Shown here in pieces: positions 62,176-64,000 of a stretch of DNA of 64,000 nt; position 1 is the first letter of the stretch, and each line of letters opens with the position of its first letter. Under the pieces are notes generated by a model that was given only the letters and a program-made list of their open reading frames with translations, had not been told where the DNA came from and made no database searches. Source of the DNA: Blepharisma stoltei ATCC 30299 (Eukaryota; Protista; Ciliophora); contig CBFDEM010000035.1 in the NCBI GenBank assembly GCA_965603825.1, forward strand, positions 496,001-560,000, written 5' to 3'. The translations under genes were made by a program, and so were the position numbers.

Positions 62176-63376
62176 TTAATAATTATATCCGTACACATAA
62201 ATAGGGATTATCGAAATAAATTTTAAAAAACGGATATAAAAGCCAGTTCTTAGAGCTCTAAAAAGGGATGAGACTTGAAAAAGACTTTAAAAATTAATAA
62301 TTTCAAATAAAAGCGCGCATAAGCACGTTCCATCGAAAATAAATCGTTACTTTTTTTGATGTTTCGAATATAGGTAACTTCTTCGAAACGACAATGAAGA
62401 GTTCGAATCTATTAAAGAGCACTGAAAAATTAAAAGCCAGTGGCTTAGCCTAAACTAAAAAATTAAGTCAGTCACTGCTATAAATATGTAATAATTTAAT
62501 TTGGTTATCTGATAATCTAGCCTCTAAATGCCAGCTCAATGAGGGCATTTTCTCGCTACCCTAGATTGTTCATAAATCTGTGACTCGATTCTAGCTTCAT
62601 TTAGGTTATTTAATAACCCAGAAATTCTGAAAATTCAAGCGGCCTTACTTGTCCACTTTCCTCCTGCACCTGCTTGGTCTTAGGGTCTCGCAGTATCAAG
62701 CACAGGAAGAGGTAAAACGCAATGAATGAAAGATACTGAATAGTCTTTGCCATTTCTTTCCTATCAGACATAAATCATGCACAAAAACCTAACCCTATAA
62801 TAAAAGTTCGGTAAGGAAATTCATGCAGTGGATCTTCTATTTTATTTTTATCATGCTATAATTTTAATAGCTTTTTAAGTCAACGATCAATAAGTTTTGG
62901 CTCTTAAGTTAAAGTAGCACAAATACCTAAATGGAAGCTTAGATCAATTATTCCGAAATACTAGAAATAATTTTTATTCAGTTGACTTATTTTAACCATC
63001 ATCTCAACTAAATGCAAACTTTCTGAATAAAATCTATGTGTAAAAGAAATCTCCATAAAGGTCATCCTGAAATAAAGTTGTGAATGGATTTAAAATTATG
63101 AACTGAAGCCACAATAAGGCTAAAATGTAAATTATATCTCACCTATAGTCATATAATGATGCTCGGTTTTCAATCTTTTATACGCTTACAAAATTATTTG
63201 TTTGCAGTATCGCACCTATCCTTAAGCTTGAAAAAATATGCAAGGTTAGATTAAATTATGGAAACTTTTATAAAGATTGTATTTTAATATGCTCACAGCT
63301 TATGGCCTTTAATGAGTTTTTTTCTTCAAATAGCACTATTGAAGTTTGAGCTCTATGCAATTATAAACATTAAAGA

Positions 63377-63965
63377 AATGATGAAAGTTCTTTTGAAGAA
63401 GAAGCAAAAAAGCTTGAAAACTAGAGAGAAGGAAGACGAAATGAATCAGAAAACTAAAAAACTAAATAAACTAGAAAAAATATTGCAGCTGATGTATGTA
63501 ATCTTAAAATAAGAGAAGAAGAAATTGAGGTAAGAGAAAAGGAGTGCAAAGAAAAGACGTTGGTGCTATTAAATAAAGAAAAATACTAGAGCTAAAAGTA
63601 AAAGAAGTAAACAATTTGGTACTGCAACTTAATGATAATATAAGAAAAGCGAACCCTAGCCAGTCGCAGCTTCAAAAAGATTAATTTTTGGAAAATGCAT
63701 TTGAAACATGCCAGCCTGATAATAACTACAGATTAAACAATATTTTATTTGATATATAAGGAATTTTAACAGTTTTAATTTTTTCAATTTAAATTAAATA
63801 ATCACAAATAGTTAAATGGCTTTTTAAACCCTAAAAATGTCTTTAGATTCCATTTAAAGATGCCAAATTTCTATCTATAATATTAGAATACCTTGCTTAA
63901 TAAAAATCAAAACATTTTCTTAAACATATAATATATTATTTTAAAATTAAAAACATTTTTAATAT
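63377..63965 (+). pseudogene. Degenerate duplicate of the 3' end and flank of the coiled-coil gene (source ~60255-60773)
   Basis: High identity by eye, a small deletion near 63420, premature TAG/TAA codons, and a 90-bp insertion at 63799-63888. Confidence 0.9.
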
Positions 63966-64000
63966 AGTTCATGTCTCCCTTTTAAAAATATTGTAAAAAA

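Noticed and set aside
63312-63512. 66-aa ORF
   Set aside because: It is a chance frame across the pseudogene copy of 60255-60653.
1-64000. Mollicute or mitochondrial origin (also UGA=Trp), or selenocysteine readthrough
   Set aside because: Spliceosomal introns and nuclear eukaryotic genes are present, and TGA aligns with Trp rather than Cys.
1-64000. CRISPR arrays, tRNA/rRNA genes, telomeric repeats, transposases
   Set aside because: None were recognised by eye. Small RNAs cannot be excluded without tRNAscan-SE or Infernal.

Overview
This is AT-rich, gene-dense eukaryotic DNA that reads as a heterotrich ciliate somatic (macronuclear) chromosome segment, most consistent with Blepharisma. TGA encodes Trp (only TAA/TAG stop), and genes carry 15-16 nt GT-AG introns with an A six nt from the 3' end. 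The supplied ORF track, which treats TGA as a stop, therefore fragments most genes. Retranslated, the window holds about 35 genes: PRP40 (5' truncated), mitochondrial bL12, a WD40 + TRP-like channel, ELMO-like, CID/RPRD1-like and Rab-like genes, three tandem ~2400-aa LNR/beta-helix/multipass receptors, a transmembrane RING-H2 ligase, two paralogs of an unknown Cys/His family, a bacterial-type ferritin, a TPR protein, EBP2, a cyclin, two DoxX/HR-lesion-like genes, an alpha/beta hydrolase, TPX2-like, dynein LC8, CFAP97-like, AAR2, UBL proteins and a coiled-coil gene. The most striking feature is a surface-protein gene (60797-62175, minus) whose 212-bp Cys-rich coding segment lies on the opposite strand between 6-bp inverted repeats (TACTTA/TAAGTA). 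Flipping it back restores the frame at both junctions. Two other rearrangements with TA at their junctions (a 145-bp exact tandem duplication and a 90-bp insertion) also occur. All assignments come from manual reading; no searches were run.
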